Of a stretch of DNA of 64,000 nucleotides, positions 24,901-37,115 are shown piece after piece. The notes under the pieces were generated by a model. The model worked only from the letters and a program-made list of their open reading frames with translations. It ran no database searches and was not told where the DNA came from. A program made the position numbers and the translations under genes. Numbering within the stretch: position 1 is the first letter of the stretch; every line of letters starts with the position of its first letter. Source of the stretch: Vitrella brassicaformis CCMP3155 (taxonomy: Eukaryota; Protista; Chromerida); NCBI GenBank assembly GCA_001179505.1, contig CDMY01000221.1, positions 1-64,000 of the forward strand, in the 5' to 3' direction.

Positions 24901-27900
24901 CCCTGATGGTTGCGTCGTACGTCAAGAAGCTTAAGGCCATCCGATTTCTGCTCGAGCAGGACTGCAACCAATACCACCACGACCTCATCCACGTACAAGA
25001 CAATGTAAGGAAGCAAAAACGGATCGATCACCTGCCACGCCACACCAGTGCATGCTTCTCGCTTTGTCTCCCTTCTGCTGCAGTCTGGTCACACAGCAGT
25101 GTGGTATGCTCTGATGCCGTCGAAGCGCCAGTGGATCGAGGCGGAGAAAGTGGGCATTGTGAGCCCCATCACATCGCCACAGGCGATCGAACAACTGCTG
25201 CTCGGCGTTCAAACCGACTACGAGCGCCGACAGCTGCTTGATGCACCCGACAATGTACACACACACGTGCACACGCGCACACATTCATGCACATGTTTGT
25301 TTGTTGGTTTGTTTGTTTGTTTGTTTGCCTGTCATTTCTCCATCAGCGTTGCAACACTCCGATGGTGATGCTTGTGTTTCTTCACTTCAACGACATCAAA
25401 ATGCTTCTCAACAAATAGCACCCCAATCTGCAGATCACGGGCATCGTAAGCGGCCAACAGATGAATGAGCTCCCAACGTGAGTTCATGGCATTTGTGTGT
25501 GTGTCTCGGGTTGCTTTCATCGCAGCACGGCTACAGTCCCCTGCACATGATTGGTCGGCGCATCAGCGAGGACATGGCACACGGCGGGAGACACAAGCTC
25601 GCCGTAAGACAGCCAGCGATTGTGAGAGACCAGAGGAATAGCGGAACCACTTCTGCGCTTGGGTGTGCAGGACATGTCACGGACGACTATTATTCGGCTT
25701 GCTCTGGGCGTCCACGAGAAGCTACGGGAGGTCATCGACGTGAGGATTGGATGGATGCATCCAGAATCAAACACGTCCCTGCTACATTCTCCATCCCTGT
25801 CTGCTTTCATGTTTGGTTGGTGTAAAATCTGTCCATGCATGCAGGTCTTTTCCGATATGCAGCGCTTCAAGCTGATCGGCGGCATGCAGTGCCAATATGA
25901 CACTGACTGCGTGACGAACAAATGGTGAGAGAGAGCACTTGATACTCAAAATCCCGACCCGCACTAAATTTCTCCCTCCATGTGTGTGCATCAGCGTGCC
26001 CAGCAAGGGAGCCTGCGAGTGTTTCGGGACTGACCCGAGCAGCGCATTTCGCGAAGGCATCCACCTCTATAGCAAGGTAGGCGATCCGGCCCAAGAACGC
26101 AATGCTCAATCGTGTCTCTCTCTCTCTCTGTGCGTGTGTGTGTGTCAGTACATGGATCCTTCCATCACGAGTTCGCGCGACAATGAGGAGGAGCTCAACT
26201 TCTTCCTCTGTCACCCATACTGGCTAGAGCTGACCCGCGAGCAGCGAGAGTACAACTTCACCGCACATCCACGTGTCGCCGACGAGGAATACTCGTATGA
26301 AGAGGAAGGGGAGGAGACACCACCGCCCGAGGAGTATTCGACATCAGAGGAGGAGCAGCTAGAGGAGCAGCCCGTCGTCCGGAGGAGGGTCATCATTGCC
26401 AAGAGGAGGGTGGGGTCGGGCAGAGCTCCGGGCAGGCGGCCTACTCCTGCAGAGCCGACCCTTGCAGAAAAAGTGACGGAGAGGAAGGTCCCCGGCAAGA
26501 AGACTCCATCAATTGGTGAGGAAGGACCAACGGAGACTACCACTGAGACGACCACTGAAGAAGAGGAGGAAAAGGAGACATATCCCCCGGTCAGCGACAT
26601 ATCCGGGGGCGAGGCATCATCGTTGTCAGAGGAGGAGTGGCCGTCAGAAGCCGAATGGTCGGAGGAAGAGCGGCCGCCAGGACGAAACGAGACGGACGCC
26701 ATGATGAGGCAAGAACTCCCTGACAAGAGACGCGGCGAGAGAGAGAGGGGCGGCAAGAGAGAGACAGCCCCAACCGCAGCTCTCGGCACTCCAAAAAGGC
26801 GAGTGAAATTTGAGGAGGAACAACCAGAGACAATAGAGGAAGAAGGAGAAAGCGGCACAGAGACGGAAGAAGAAGTGGGGCACTTGGCGAATATCACATC
26901 GCCCGTTTCTGCAGAAGAAGAGCCATCACGCGAGGAGGAGGAGGAGGAGGAGGTTGTGGATAGTGAAGACGAAGAAGTGCCGCTTGATACTGTCGATGGA
27001 GCTAGCAAAATGAGGGCGCCTGCAGCCCTAGCACCCAAGGCACCGGCGCCATACGCGAGACCGAAGGCTGAGGAATCTGTGACGTCGTCCGAGACAGAGA
27101 CAGAGACAGGGGATGAGTATGAGCGTCTGGGCCATTGGGCTGATAGCGAATCGCCGTATAGCGAGGAGGAACTGGAAGAGACGGCAGAGGAGGAAAGGCC
27201 AGGGCGTCCGCCCATCAGTGCCCAAGTCGGCGTCTTCCGCAAACCCGCCATCGTGGGCGGCTATGGCTTCAAGGCGCCGAGCCGACTGCGAGAAGAGGAA
27301 GAACTACACCCGGTGCGTGGACGGCGCAAGAAACAAGAGGCCGGTCACATCCCGCCCGTCTCAAGGGTTTTACCCCCACCAGCACCAGAGTTGGGTGAAA
27401 AGCCACGAGAGCCACAAGCAAGAAGAGAAAGGAGGAAGACAGAAGCATATGAGTCCGAGATGGAGACGGAAACGGAGAAAACACCGGCCACTGAAGAAGA
27501 GACAAAAGTCCCTCGACCGCAGCGGCAGAGGAGGCCTCAAGCGAGGGAACCTGAACGGGAGACGACGGTGACGGAAACGGAGACTGAGGGCAACTGGACG
27601 TCGATCGAGGGGGAGGAAGTGAACGCGGAAAGAGTCGTGAGCCCTCCACAGAGACAAGTCGCGAAAGAGAGGGCGCGTCGACGTCACGGCCCTCCGAAGC
27701 CTCCCACAGTGCCAATAAAAGCACGGCCACCAGAAGCCATCAGTGAGGAAGAAAGCCTCATCGAGCCATCAAAGACTGAAGGAAGCCTCACTGAGCCATT
27801 CGAGACGGAGCTACCGAGAAAGCGCCAGCGCGGCCGCGCCTCTCCTGTGTCGCGAGTCCAGCCACAGAAAAGAAGGGCACCGTATGAGACAGTGACCGAG

Positions 27901-29357
27901 GAATCTGAGTATGAGCGCATAGGTCACCTCGCGAACATCACCTCGCCACCTTCTGAAGAGACGGAAGAGACGGAAGAGACAGAGTTAGAGGAGGATGTGT
28001 TGGACACCGATGAGGACGACGAGCTGCCGCCCGAGCCATCGTCCAGACGCCCCATCCCACAAGTAAGGGTACCCCCCATCCCACAAGTAAGGGTACCCCC
28101 CGCACCATCACCAGCACCGGCACCGAAAGCAGCAGAGCCCCGCACCCCGCCAAGACCGAGTTTTAGAGAGCCCATGGCACCTCACGGGCCTCAGACAAAG
28201 GAAGAAGAGTATGAGCGGATGGCTCATTGGGCCGACATCGCCTCTCCATACACCGAGGAGGAGGAGTCCGAGACAGAGGTTGAAACGAAGCCCCAAGAGA
28301 AACCAAGGCCTGCCGAACGGCGGGTCGAGGAGGTCCCTGTACCTAAAGAAGAAGAGAAGCCGCTTGTCCCAGGTGAGGAAGCTAACAAAGTAAGGGAGCA
28401 CGTGTGTCACTGTGTCGCGTGCGCAAGGTGAGTGGGAGGAGAGAGGATATGCGGCGACCTCCAGCTCGCCAACCCTGCCCACAGGTAAAGGCACCCACGC
28501 ACCAAAGCACTCACCGATTCTGTGCATGTGTGACGTGTCTCACTCCCTCCCGGCCTGCTTCTTTCCGTGTGCAATCAATCAATGGATACAGAGAAGGAGA
28601 AGCCAGAGAGCCTCGAGGATATAATGGACAGCGGTACGACCAGCCCAAGCCATAGCTCCAGTCATCTATTTCCTAGTGCTTGAACGCCAGTTTTTTTGCC
28701 TTTCTTTGTTCAGAGCTGGAAAAAGTGTCTCCCCACCGACACTGGCGGCCACGGCCTCGCGTCGAAGCCCCAGAAGAGCCTCAAAAGGAGCCTGGCATCG
28801 AGAGGCCGCCGGCCAGAACCGATGCCTACCGGTCATCTGAGACATTCGACCAGTCAGAAGACAGTGACAGCACGGACGCATTCGAAGGTCATCGAGACAT
28901 GCCGCTCCATACATGAGACAGGTATCCATTCATGGTGTGTGCAGGGGGATATGTGGGGCAGCCAAGAGGAGGCGGGCATATCACCGAGATCCATTTTGAG
29001 ATACAGGTACACTTCCCTAAGCCAACGAACAATCGTAATAACGCGTGCATGCGTATGCAGCATCATCCGAACGGCACCGCGACCATGACGCACACCGAGC
29101 CGGTGACACGTCCTCTAGACAACACGACATCGACGTTGGTGATGATGCAGCACAACGACACTCGGAGAACTAATGACACGCAGAGCGCACAGCGAGACAG
29201 CAGCCCAGCTGTAGAAGCCCAAGCTGCAAACGATACGAGAAACAGCACGGCTGCTGCAACTGCTGGTGCTGCGGCTGGTTTGGTGGGCGGGGATCTTGCT
29301 AAAGAGGTGTCTCATCACCAGAACAATGGCAGCCAAGCTGCGCCACCACCAAGATGA
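18945..29357 (+). CDS. Large multi-exon putatively secreted ankyrin-repeat + Cys-rich module protein (paralog B), long acidic C-terminal region
   Basis: Start 18945 or 19035 (MPPLPFRRPHWRLSCLFVALFLIIPLSHS, signal-like). Same ordered blocks as paralog A: TPLHVAAYHPSCWRR, GMTPLHWAVSVG, GESPLRWAVVTG, GRNPLQLAVHLG, KRIGGMLCTPF, GMTTLMVASY, GHTAVWYALMP, GYSPLHMIG, KLIGGMQCQYDTDC. Acidic exon ~26150-28390. The 3' end is uncertain (28916 or 29357). Confidence 0.8.
28051..28100 (+). repeat. 24-bp coding tandem duplication (PIPQVRVP x2)
   Basis: CCCATCCCACAAGTAAGGGTACCC occurs twice in tandem. Confidence 0.85.
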
Positions 29358-30320
29358 CCATGCAGCGAGTGGGGCATTGAATCATTTGTCGGTAGCAGCA
29401 ACGGAGCTAAGAAGTGATTGGAGTGTCTGCGTTGATCTGATGGGACATTCCAGTTCTACCATTTGCGACCTCTCTGTACTTGTGAGTGTAGCCGTGCTCT
29501 TGTACAATAGAGAGACAAGAGAGTGAGCTAGTCCGAGTGGAGTAGGTGAGCGTTTGGGACCTCTTCGATTCGCACCAATTGATTGTCCAATATAGCTATA
29601 GCACACATGTGCACATACACTTTCAGAGAGATGTGCAGACACCCGCTTCGTGTGGCGGTCTCTTCCCTCGGTACCTCATAGGTACAGATTAAGACCGGAA
29701 TCGAGCGACGAAATCACTGACTGACAGACTCACGCCGGAGCCCGTTTGCCTGCCTGTCTGTCTGTCTGTCTGTCCAGCTGTCTCCTGCCTTTGGCTTGGC
29801 CGCGACGTACGGCCATGGCTATAGACGGACAGACAGATGCAATTGATTGACCTTTGCCAACTAAGAGCATCATTCCGTGCTGTCGATCGACTTGGAAGGT
29901 CGAACAACTTGGAAAAGAGAGGAGGCAGTCGGTGCGATGATGACGTCTATGGCTCTCGAGAGGGGCGGGGGGAGGCTCTCGAGAGTAGCAATCCTCACTC
30001 TGTTGGTGAGGAGGGCCGTAGGTGGCCACCTGCTCATCTGACGATGGTTCTTGACTCGCTTTTTCACTGCAAATGCTACTGTGGGCTCAAAGGCAAGCCA
30101 TTCATGCTGCTCTGCAGCTAGTCTTATCTTCCACGAGCTGAACAATTTTCCGGGAAGGGTGGACCGACATCACCAGACACTTAGTGACTCATCATTGCCG
30201 TGAATCAGCGGGAGAGGTGCTGTGAACACGAAACCAAAAACACGATGTGTTGTCGGGGGCGATCCGCATCACTTTCTGCACTTGGGCTCTAACTCGAAAA
30301 GCTTTAAGAACGAACGCCCG

Positions 30321-33308
30321 ATGATGGAGGGTGACGGGCTATCGACGGCAGCGGTGGACACGGAGGTCGCGACAGAGTACGAAGAGTTCGACTCGCACAG
30401 CAAGTGGGGATCGGAGGCCATCCGCGCTGAACATCAAGTGAGCAAGTGGGTGGAGGGAGAGAGGAACAACGCATACATCTGCACGGACACACACACACAC
30501 ACTCACACACACGCAGACACGTACGCTGTACGTGCTTGACACACCCAAGATGCAGACACAGACAGGCAGGCAGCAGCACCGGCGCGCATGTGGTTTGTGT
30601 GGTGCCCGTAGGTGTGTGTTAGTGACCCCGAGACGCGACAGCATGGTCTGACCAAGCACACGACATATCTGGTCAGCGGCACGACCCTCCAGGGCAGCAG
30701 CTTCTCCACACGAAAGAGGTACAACGACTTCGAATGGCTCAAACAAGCCCTCGTCTACGCTTACCCTGGTACGCACGTACAGACAGGAGTTACATTACTA
30801 GGCGGGAAGGCGAGCAACACACGGTCATGCATGCGCGGATGTGTCTGTCTGCCTGTCTGTGTCTGTCTGCAGGCGTGTTCGTGCCCCCGATCCCTCGGAA
30901 GCAGAAAATGGTACGAACACGTCAGATCCACCATGTACGTGCGTGTCTGCCTGCCTGCCTGCCTGCCTGCGTGTGGATGTGTTTGTCGGTTTGCTGTTCG
31001 TGTGCCAAAAAGGGTCGTTTCGAGGAGCATTTTGTCGAGAACCGGCGGCGAGCTCTGGAGGAGTTCCTGCAGCGGATCTTCAACAGGCCATACCTCGCCA
31101 ACTCATGTATGCAATGAACATGAACACACGCGTACAGGCCATGTTATGTGTGTGTCTGCATGCAGCGACGTTCAAGGCGTGGCTGCAGCGGGGCGAGAGT
31201 GGCATGGAGGGCCTCAAGAGAGTGAGCCAGCCAAGCCCTTCGCCAATGTCAGTTCATTGATGCGTCGATGGATGGATGGTGTGTGTCCCCGCAGGAGTAC
31301 ATCCGCAAGCCCCTGAGCGAGCTGTTCCACGAGTACAGAAACGGATTCCAGCCGTACCTCAGGGTGCGAGTCAAAATCCTGATGACACACAAAAACACAA
31401 ACAGAACACTTCACGCCCATCGCCCATCGACGTGTGTGTATCCGGGTGTGTGTGTGCAGTCGATGCAGGCGCCCGGCGACAAGGACCGGCTGTCGGCCTT
31501 CAAACAATACCTCACCAAACACGCCAACTCCCTCAAGGTAGGACTCGGGCACACACACACACAATCGCAGATACACACGTGTGTATGAGATCCATTGGCT
31601 TACTGGCCGGTCGGTCGGTCGGTCGGTCGTTCAGGCCATCTACAGGGTCGCGTGCCGTGTGGTCAAGGCGCACACAGACGCCCATGTTGCCATTAGTCAG
31701 TACTTACCCACAGTCGCACACACACTTAACCAGGCCTATGAAACGATTTCTCTCCCTCCATGCTCTCTCTATCTCTGTGTGTGCATGTGTATACACAGGT
31801 GAGCTTCACACCAAGATGGCCGATCTGCGTAACGGAGAGGTCGTTTTCGTCAATGATGGTAATTGAGATAGCTGGATCCGTCCGTTCGTGTGCAACAGCA
31901 GCTGCCATCGACCTTTCTCCCTCGCGTGTGTCCCTCCAGCGTATGGCGGCAGTCAGCAGTCGGTGCGGGTGGACCTCTCAGAGGTCTTCTACGCCGAAAA
32001 ACAATCACTCGCCGTAAGCAAACCCAACACACCACACCACACCACACCACACAGCCCTCCCAACCCCCACATCTCCCTCTCCCTCTCTCTGTTCTCTCCG
32101 TAGGAGTCGCCATCTCAGTCTTACGACCTGCTGCAGTCGGTGGTCGGGCGGGAGCTGCGTGACGTGGAGTCGATGCTCGAGGGCATCCAGTCGCTCGACA
32201 AGCTGACCCACATGCAGATGCAGACGCGCGGCAAGCTCGAGAAGGAGGAGAATATCCAGCACAACATCGCCCGCCACCAGCAGGGGGACTTTCTCTCGGT
32301 GCTGAGGGGCAAGGACAAGGAAGCACAGCTCCATGACGTGGCCATCAGCATCAGTCGACTCAGGCAGGAGCTTCAGCTGTGTAAGCTGACCAGACACATA
32401 ACTATAGGGACGGATGGATGGATGGATGGATGTGCGTGTGTGTGTGTGTCACATATGTACAGTGGAGGAGTGGATTGGGTTGGCCAAGGTCGTGCTGACG
32501 TGCAAAGAGATGCCCAGCTTCACCAGCGACAAGGTAGGCACGCCAGACACCCCGCCAGCCCACCAGCCGGCCAGCGAAACACACACGCGAGTGGCAGACG
32601 GTGCCTGTGCATCAATCATCGCATCATCCCCCTGTCATCGCATCATCCCCCTGTCTGCATGTGGTTGGCTCCGTCCCTTCATGCTTGCATGGCATGTAGG
32701 TGGACAAGTACCGCGATGTGGTCGAGGAGTTTGCCAAGAGACAGGCGGCTACCTCACTCCAGGTGTGCCTGCCTGCCTGTTCATTCGCTGACTTGCACGT
32801 TTGTGTGTGTCTGTGTGTCCCTGCCTGTCTGTCTGTCTGTCTGCCTGTGTGTCAGCGCGCTGAGCTGTGGTCTCAGTTCCTCCGCCGCATCGGCCGCGAA
32901 CAGGCGCCATACGGCATGCCACCCACAAACGGACTCGGTAGGTCCCCTGTGCTCCACCTCACCACAGCCCACAGCTGTCAGGATGTCTCTGTCTCTGTCT
33001 GTCTGTCTGTCTGGTGGTATGGCTTCCTTCCTTCCCTGGTTCATTCAGGCACGCTGCGCGCAACAGGTGCGTCGATGTCGGTCCCGCCCGCCCCCGTGCC
33101 GCCCTCGGCCAGCCCTTCATCATCCACCACACTCAGCAGTGCTCCCCACACACAGCACACCGGCACGCCACAGACACACGATGGCAGGGACGGTGGCGGG
33201 GCTGCTTCTGGTGGTGATGGTGGTGTGGTGGTGGTGGGTGGGGCCAGTGGTGGCGCGGCCAACGGGTGTCGGGGATTTCCCCTCCTACATAGCGAGGAGG
33301 ACGACTGA
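30321..33308 (+). CDS. Sorting nexin (PX + BAR-like helical domain; SNX1/Vps5-like)
   Basis: PX hallmarks VSDPETRQHGLTKHTTYLV...RKRYNDFEWLKQALVYAYPG-VFVPPIPRKQ...FEEHFVENRRRALEEFLQRI, followed by coiled-coil exons (RELRDVESMLEGIQSLDKL...ISRLRQEL, EEFAKRQ...ELWSQFL). Stop 33308. Confidence 0.88.
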
Positions 33309-34629
33309 TGGATGGACGGACGGGGGAGAGGAGGGAGGGAGGGAGGGAGGGAGGAGAGGGATGGGTGTGTGTGGGTGGAGGTGTGTGTACGTTTTCTTCT
33401 CTTTGTATCTCTGTATGCGTACATTTGTCTGTCTGATGAGTGCCTGTGCGTCTGTCTGTCTGTCTGTCTGTGTGTCCGGCGTGCATGTCTGTTATTTGTG
33501 TGCGTATCGATGGTTGGTGGTGTGAGGACGGCTCGGCTGGCTTGGTAGTGAGGGAGGGAGGGAGGGGAGGGGAGGGGGACCCGATGCGATGCAATGTACA
33601 GACAGACAGACAGGCCGGCCGGCAGGCAGGCAGGCAGATACATGTGTATGTGTGCGTGTGCATTGTCTGCGTGGCATCCATGATCGTACACACATACAGC
33701 CACCACTCGACGGCTGTGGTCGGCGAACAGACGCGGATGTGCGAACGAGCCTTCGTCTGTCCGTCTGTCTTGTGCGTTGCGTTGCCTGGCTGAAGTTTCA
33801 TGCCATCACGAGAACGGGCTGCCCCGCCCCGCCCCACACACAGCAAAAGGCATGCGCCCGTAGGAAGGAAAGGCGCACGTATGCCAATGGGCATGTTAAT
33901 TGCCGAAGATCGATGCCTCGATGCATCAATGCATCAATGCAATGCGTGTATACTTGCTTGCATGACATGAGCGGACGGACGAGTATGCACTTTTTTCGGC
34001 TACATATGTGGCCTCATGTCATGTCATGTGCCTTGGGTCCTCTCTCGCCTATGCGCCGTGATTACAATCATTGCATCTCGCGATCTATGCTGGCTTCATT
34101 CACACAGTCGGTTTTGGCCCTTTTGCTCTGGTCCTCTCTGCACAATCAGCCAATTCCTGGCTACTCCTTCCCCAGTCAGCTGTCTGGTGCTCATGGCGTG
34201 CTCATGGTGGTGGTGTGACGTACACGTGTGTGAGCGTGTGGAGGACAATTATTGATGTGCATGTGCGGTCCTATCTTTGCTGATGAGAACGACGGACGGA
34301 CGGACGGACGGATGAATGAGTGCATACTTACATCTCTTGATCTTTATCTGTTACGTTGAAAACACGCCGGTCTTTGCCTCCACCCAGGCAGGCAGCTACC
34401 GTTGGGCTCGTTCGTTTCTCGTCAAGAAACAAACTCTATAGACACACACACACACACACACCCACACACACACACCCGTACTACGACACGCAATCAATCG
34501 CGTCCATGCACCAGCGACCGACCCACCCACCCACCCATCAAAACGGAAACAAACGCGCCGCCATGCAGCCCGACAAAAGCATCCATCCATATATCGGTGC
34601 GTCCCGTCACTCAGTCTGTGTGTGTCGTG

Positions 34630-35160
34630 TCACTTGTTGCTCTGCACGAGCTCTCTGAGTTTCTCGGGCTGCGCGCCGGTGAGTGTGTCCTTCTCCTGAC
34701 CGTTCTTGGTGAGCTTGAAGGTGGGCACGCTGTGAATGTCGAACTCCTCGGACAGCAGGTTGTTCTCGTCGATGTCAACATACAGAAACTGCACGTCCGA
34801 ATGCTCCTCGCTCATCTTCTCAACTACTGCCACCCGGGGCATGGCACCCAGCCCAGCCAACCACAGCACAACCACAGCAGAACAGAAGCATGCTTGTCGT
34901 ACGTGTGTGGGTGTGTGTGTGTGTGTGTGTGTGTGTGCTTGTGCTGTTACTTGACTATCTGCCTCACCGGGTTTCATCTGTTTGCAAGGCCCGCACCATG
35001 CGGCCGAGAACTGCGTGACGGTGAGCTTCTCCTGGTTGGCGTCCATCAGCTCCTTGTAGTGCTTTTGGGTCTCGACTCGCGTCACCACATGGCGCCGAAA
35101 GACCCGACTCACAGACAGCCTGAGCCCCGCGAACGAAGATGACGCTCGCCGACTCAACAT
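34630..35160 (-). CDS. TRX: Thioredoxin with R/S-rich N-terminal presequence (probably mitochondrial); complement(join(34630..34826,34968..35160))
   Basis: FSAAWCGPCKQMKP active site, FLYVDIDE and IHSVPTF motifs. MLSRRASSSFAGLRLSVSRVFRRH leader has no acidic residues. One GT-AG intron. Confidence 0.92.
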   Translation of the reverse strand: MLSRRASSSFAGLRLSVSRVFRRHVVTRVETQKHYKELMDANQEKLTVTQFSAAWCGPCKQMKPGEADSQVTAQAHTHTHTHTPTHVRQACFCSAVVVLWLAGLGAMPRVAVVEKMSEEHSDVQFLYVDIDENNLLSEEFDIHSVPTFKLTKNGQEKDTLTGAQPEKLRELVQSNK

Positions 35161-35600
35161 GACTCGCTGCCTGACCACACTGAGCAGCGGAAAGCAGCAG
35201 ACAATGCTCCACACCCTCTCTTTGCCTCTTTGGCTCGCAAATCGCACGCTTGGATCGCATGAGGGGAGGAATCTGTCGTCGTCGTTCCCTCTGTCGTATC
35301 TGTCGACTTTCGTATCTGTCGACTTTCCCTCTGTTCGTCGTCGTTCTGGTGGTATCTGCCTGCTGCTTCCTCACGCACATCTCCAGCCTGAGGTGATCAA
35401 TGGATGCAACGCAGATCTGATCTGACACACGCGCACGCGCACACGCCCGTCCGTCCATGCATGTTGGGATTTGCATGATTGTTTGTCTGTCTTGTCTGTC
35501 TGGCAGTTTCAGGCGGGCGTCTGATTCGTCTGTTGGCGGCTTCACATCGGGATCTCCATCGTCACTGGCGTCGGCACCACTTGTCAAGCCACTCGGGTCG

Positions 35601-37115
35601 ATGGCTGCAGTGGCCAAGGCGCGGGGCTGATTGGGGCTTTCGTGTCTGACGCAGCCACAATGCCCTCTGCGCTGGATATGTAAGTCGTAAGGCCACAGAC
35701 CCCAAGTGCACCGCGCCGACCATCATTGCGATGGATCGCTCTCAATGCGTTCTTGCGTGGGTGCCAATGCATCGAGTGCAGATGACCAGAGTGATGTGGC
35801 CAAGAAGGTTGAGAGCAAAGGCGGTGAGGCGGCCTTCTACTCGTCGCCTTCATGCCCCTTCTACAAATATCCCAAGGGAAGCTTGTCGTGCTACGGCGAC
35901 GAGGCAACACCCCTCCTGCACAGCATCGCCCGGCAAGGAAAGGATTTTCATCTCGACACATTCGCCGAGGATTTTTTCACTTGGGCGAAGGGTTACCATG
36001 GGCGGCTCAATCACATGAGCAAGGTCAGCCAGCCAATCGGCCAGCTGTCCAGCTGGGTGCACGTGTGTGTGTGTGTGTGTGTGCAGGAGTTCGTCAGCAA
36101 TCGCGATGCGGGCAAGAGTTGGGACAAGTGTGCGTCGGGCAGCAAGGATGCTCACAACCTCATCAAGGTGCGAAAGAACGAACGGCACGGGGCCGCCCGC
36201 ACACACACACGTGTGTGTCCCTGGTGTCTGTCAGATACCCATCATAGCCGCTCGGTGGGCCGGCACCCCCGACTATATGACCAAGGTGGAGCAGATCACA
36301 CAGCTGCACCAGGTCAGACAGACAGACCACAACTCCCATGCTGTCGAGCACAACACGGCCGCAAAGCACGGCCGCATCTGCCCTGTTGTCTGTGTCTGGT
36401 TCATCAGTACGAGCCGATAGCGACGGTAGTCGCGCGTGTGTGTGCGCGCATCTATGAGAAGGTTTTGTTAGGGGCGACGCCAAAGGGTGCGTTCGAGGCG
36501 GTGCTCAGTGACGGTGTGAACGGGAGGAAGGGAGGCATCAGATAAAGCACAAACAGACGGCCTGGCCGGACCGTGTGCGCTGCAATGTATGTGGGTTTCT
36601 GCTAGGCTCCTCGCCGCCGGATGAGAGGGCGGTTCTCGAGAAGGCCAAGTCCAAGCAGGGCGAGCCGTACCCCAAGGCCGTCAAGGAACTCGGACTCTCA
36701 TGCGCACTTCCGGGTGAGTGTAGTAAGTCCATGCAAGGAGCAGTACATCGATCAATCGATCGGTTGTTCTCATGTGTGCCTGCAGGGTCTGGCGAGGCCG
36801 CGCTGCTGTCTCTGCTGGTCTTCGACGGCTACCACGCCGCTGTCGAGGTGTGTATGTGCATTTAAGAGACAATGCCAGGCAGGCACGTCACACGTATGGG
36901 TGTCCCTCGCTGGCGGTGTTTCACCGATCTATCAGGGCAACATCCTGGCGGCAGGCGACAACTGCTCGCGGAGCCTTCTGCTCGCTGGCGTCTTTGCCGC
37001 TGCGTCTGGGGCAGATTTTGTTCCATCCTCGTGGCAGCACAAGACGACGGCCCTGCCTGAGCTGACCAAGAGCATCGACGCGGTCGTCGATCTCAACCCG
37101 GCACTCTCGGAATAG
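35601..37115 (+). CDS. ADP-ribosylglycohydrolase family, crystallin J1/selenoprotein J-like (Cys form); exon 1 has two compensating frameshifts, so it may be a pseudogene or an assembly error
   Basis: LIGAFVSDAATM-PLRWIYD, FYSSPSCPFYKYPKGSLSCYGDE, KCASGSKDAHNLIKIPIIAARWAG, GLSCALPGS and GNILAAGDNCSRSLLLAG match the family pattern. About 8 exons, stop 37115. Confidence 0.82.
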
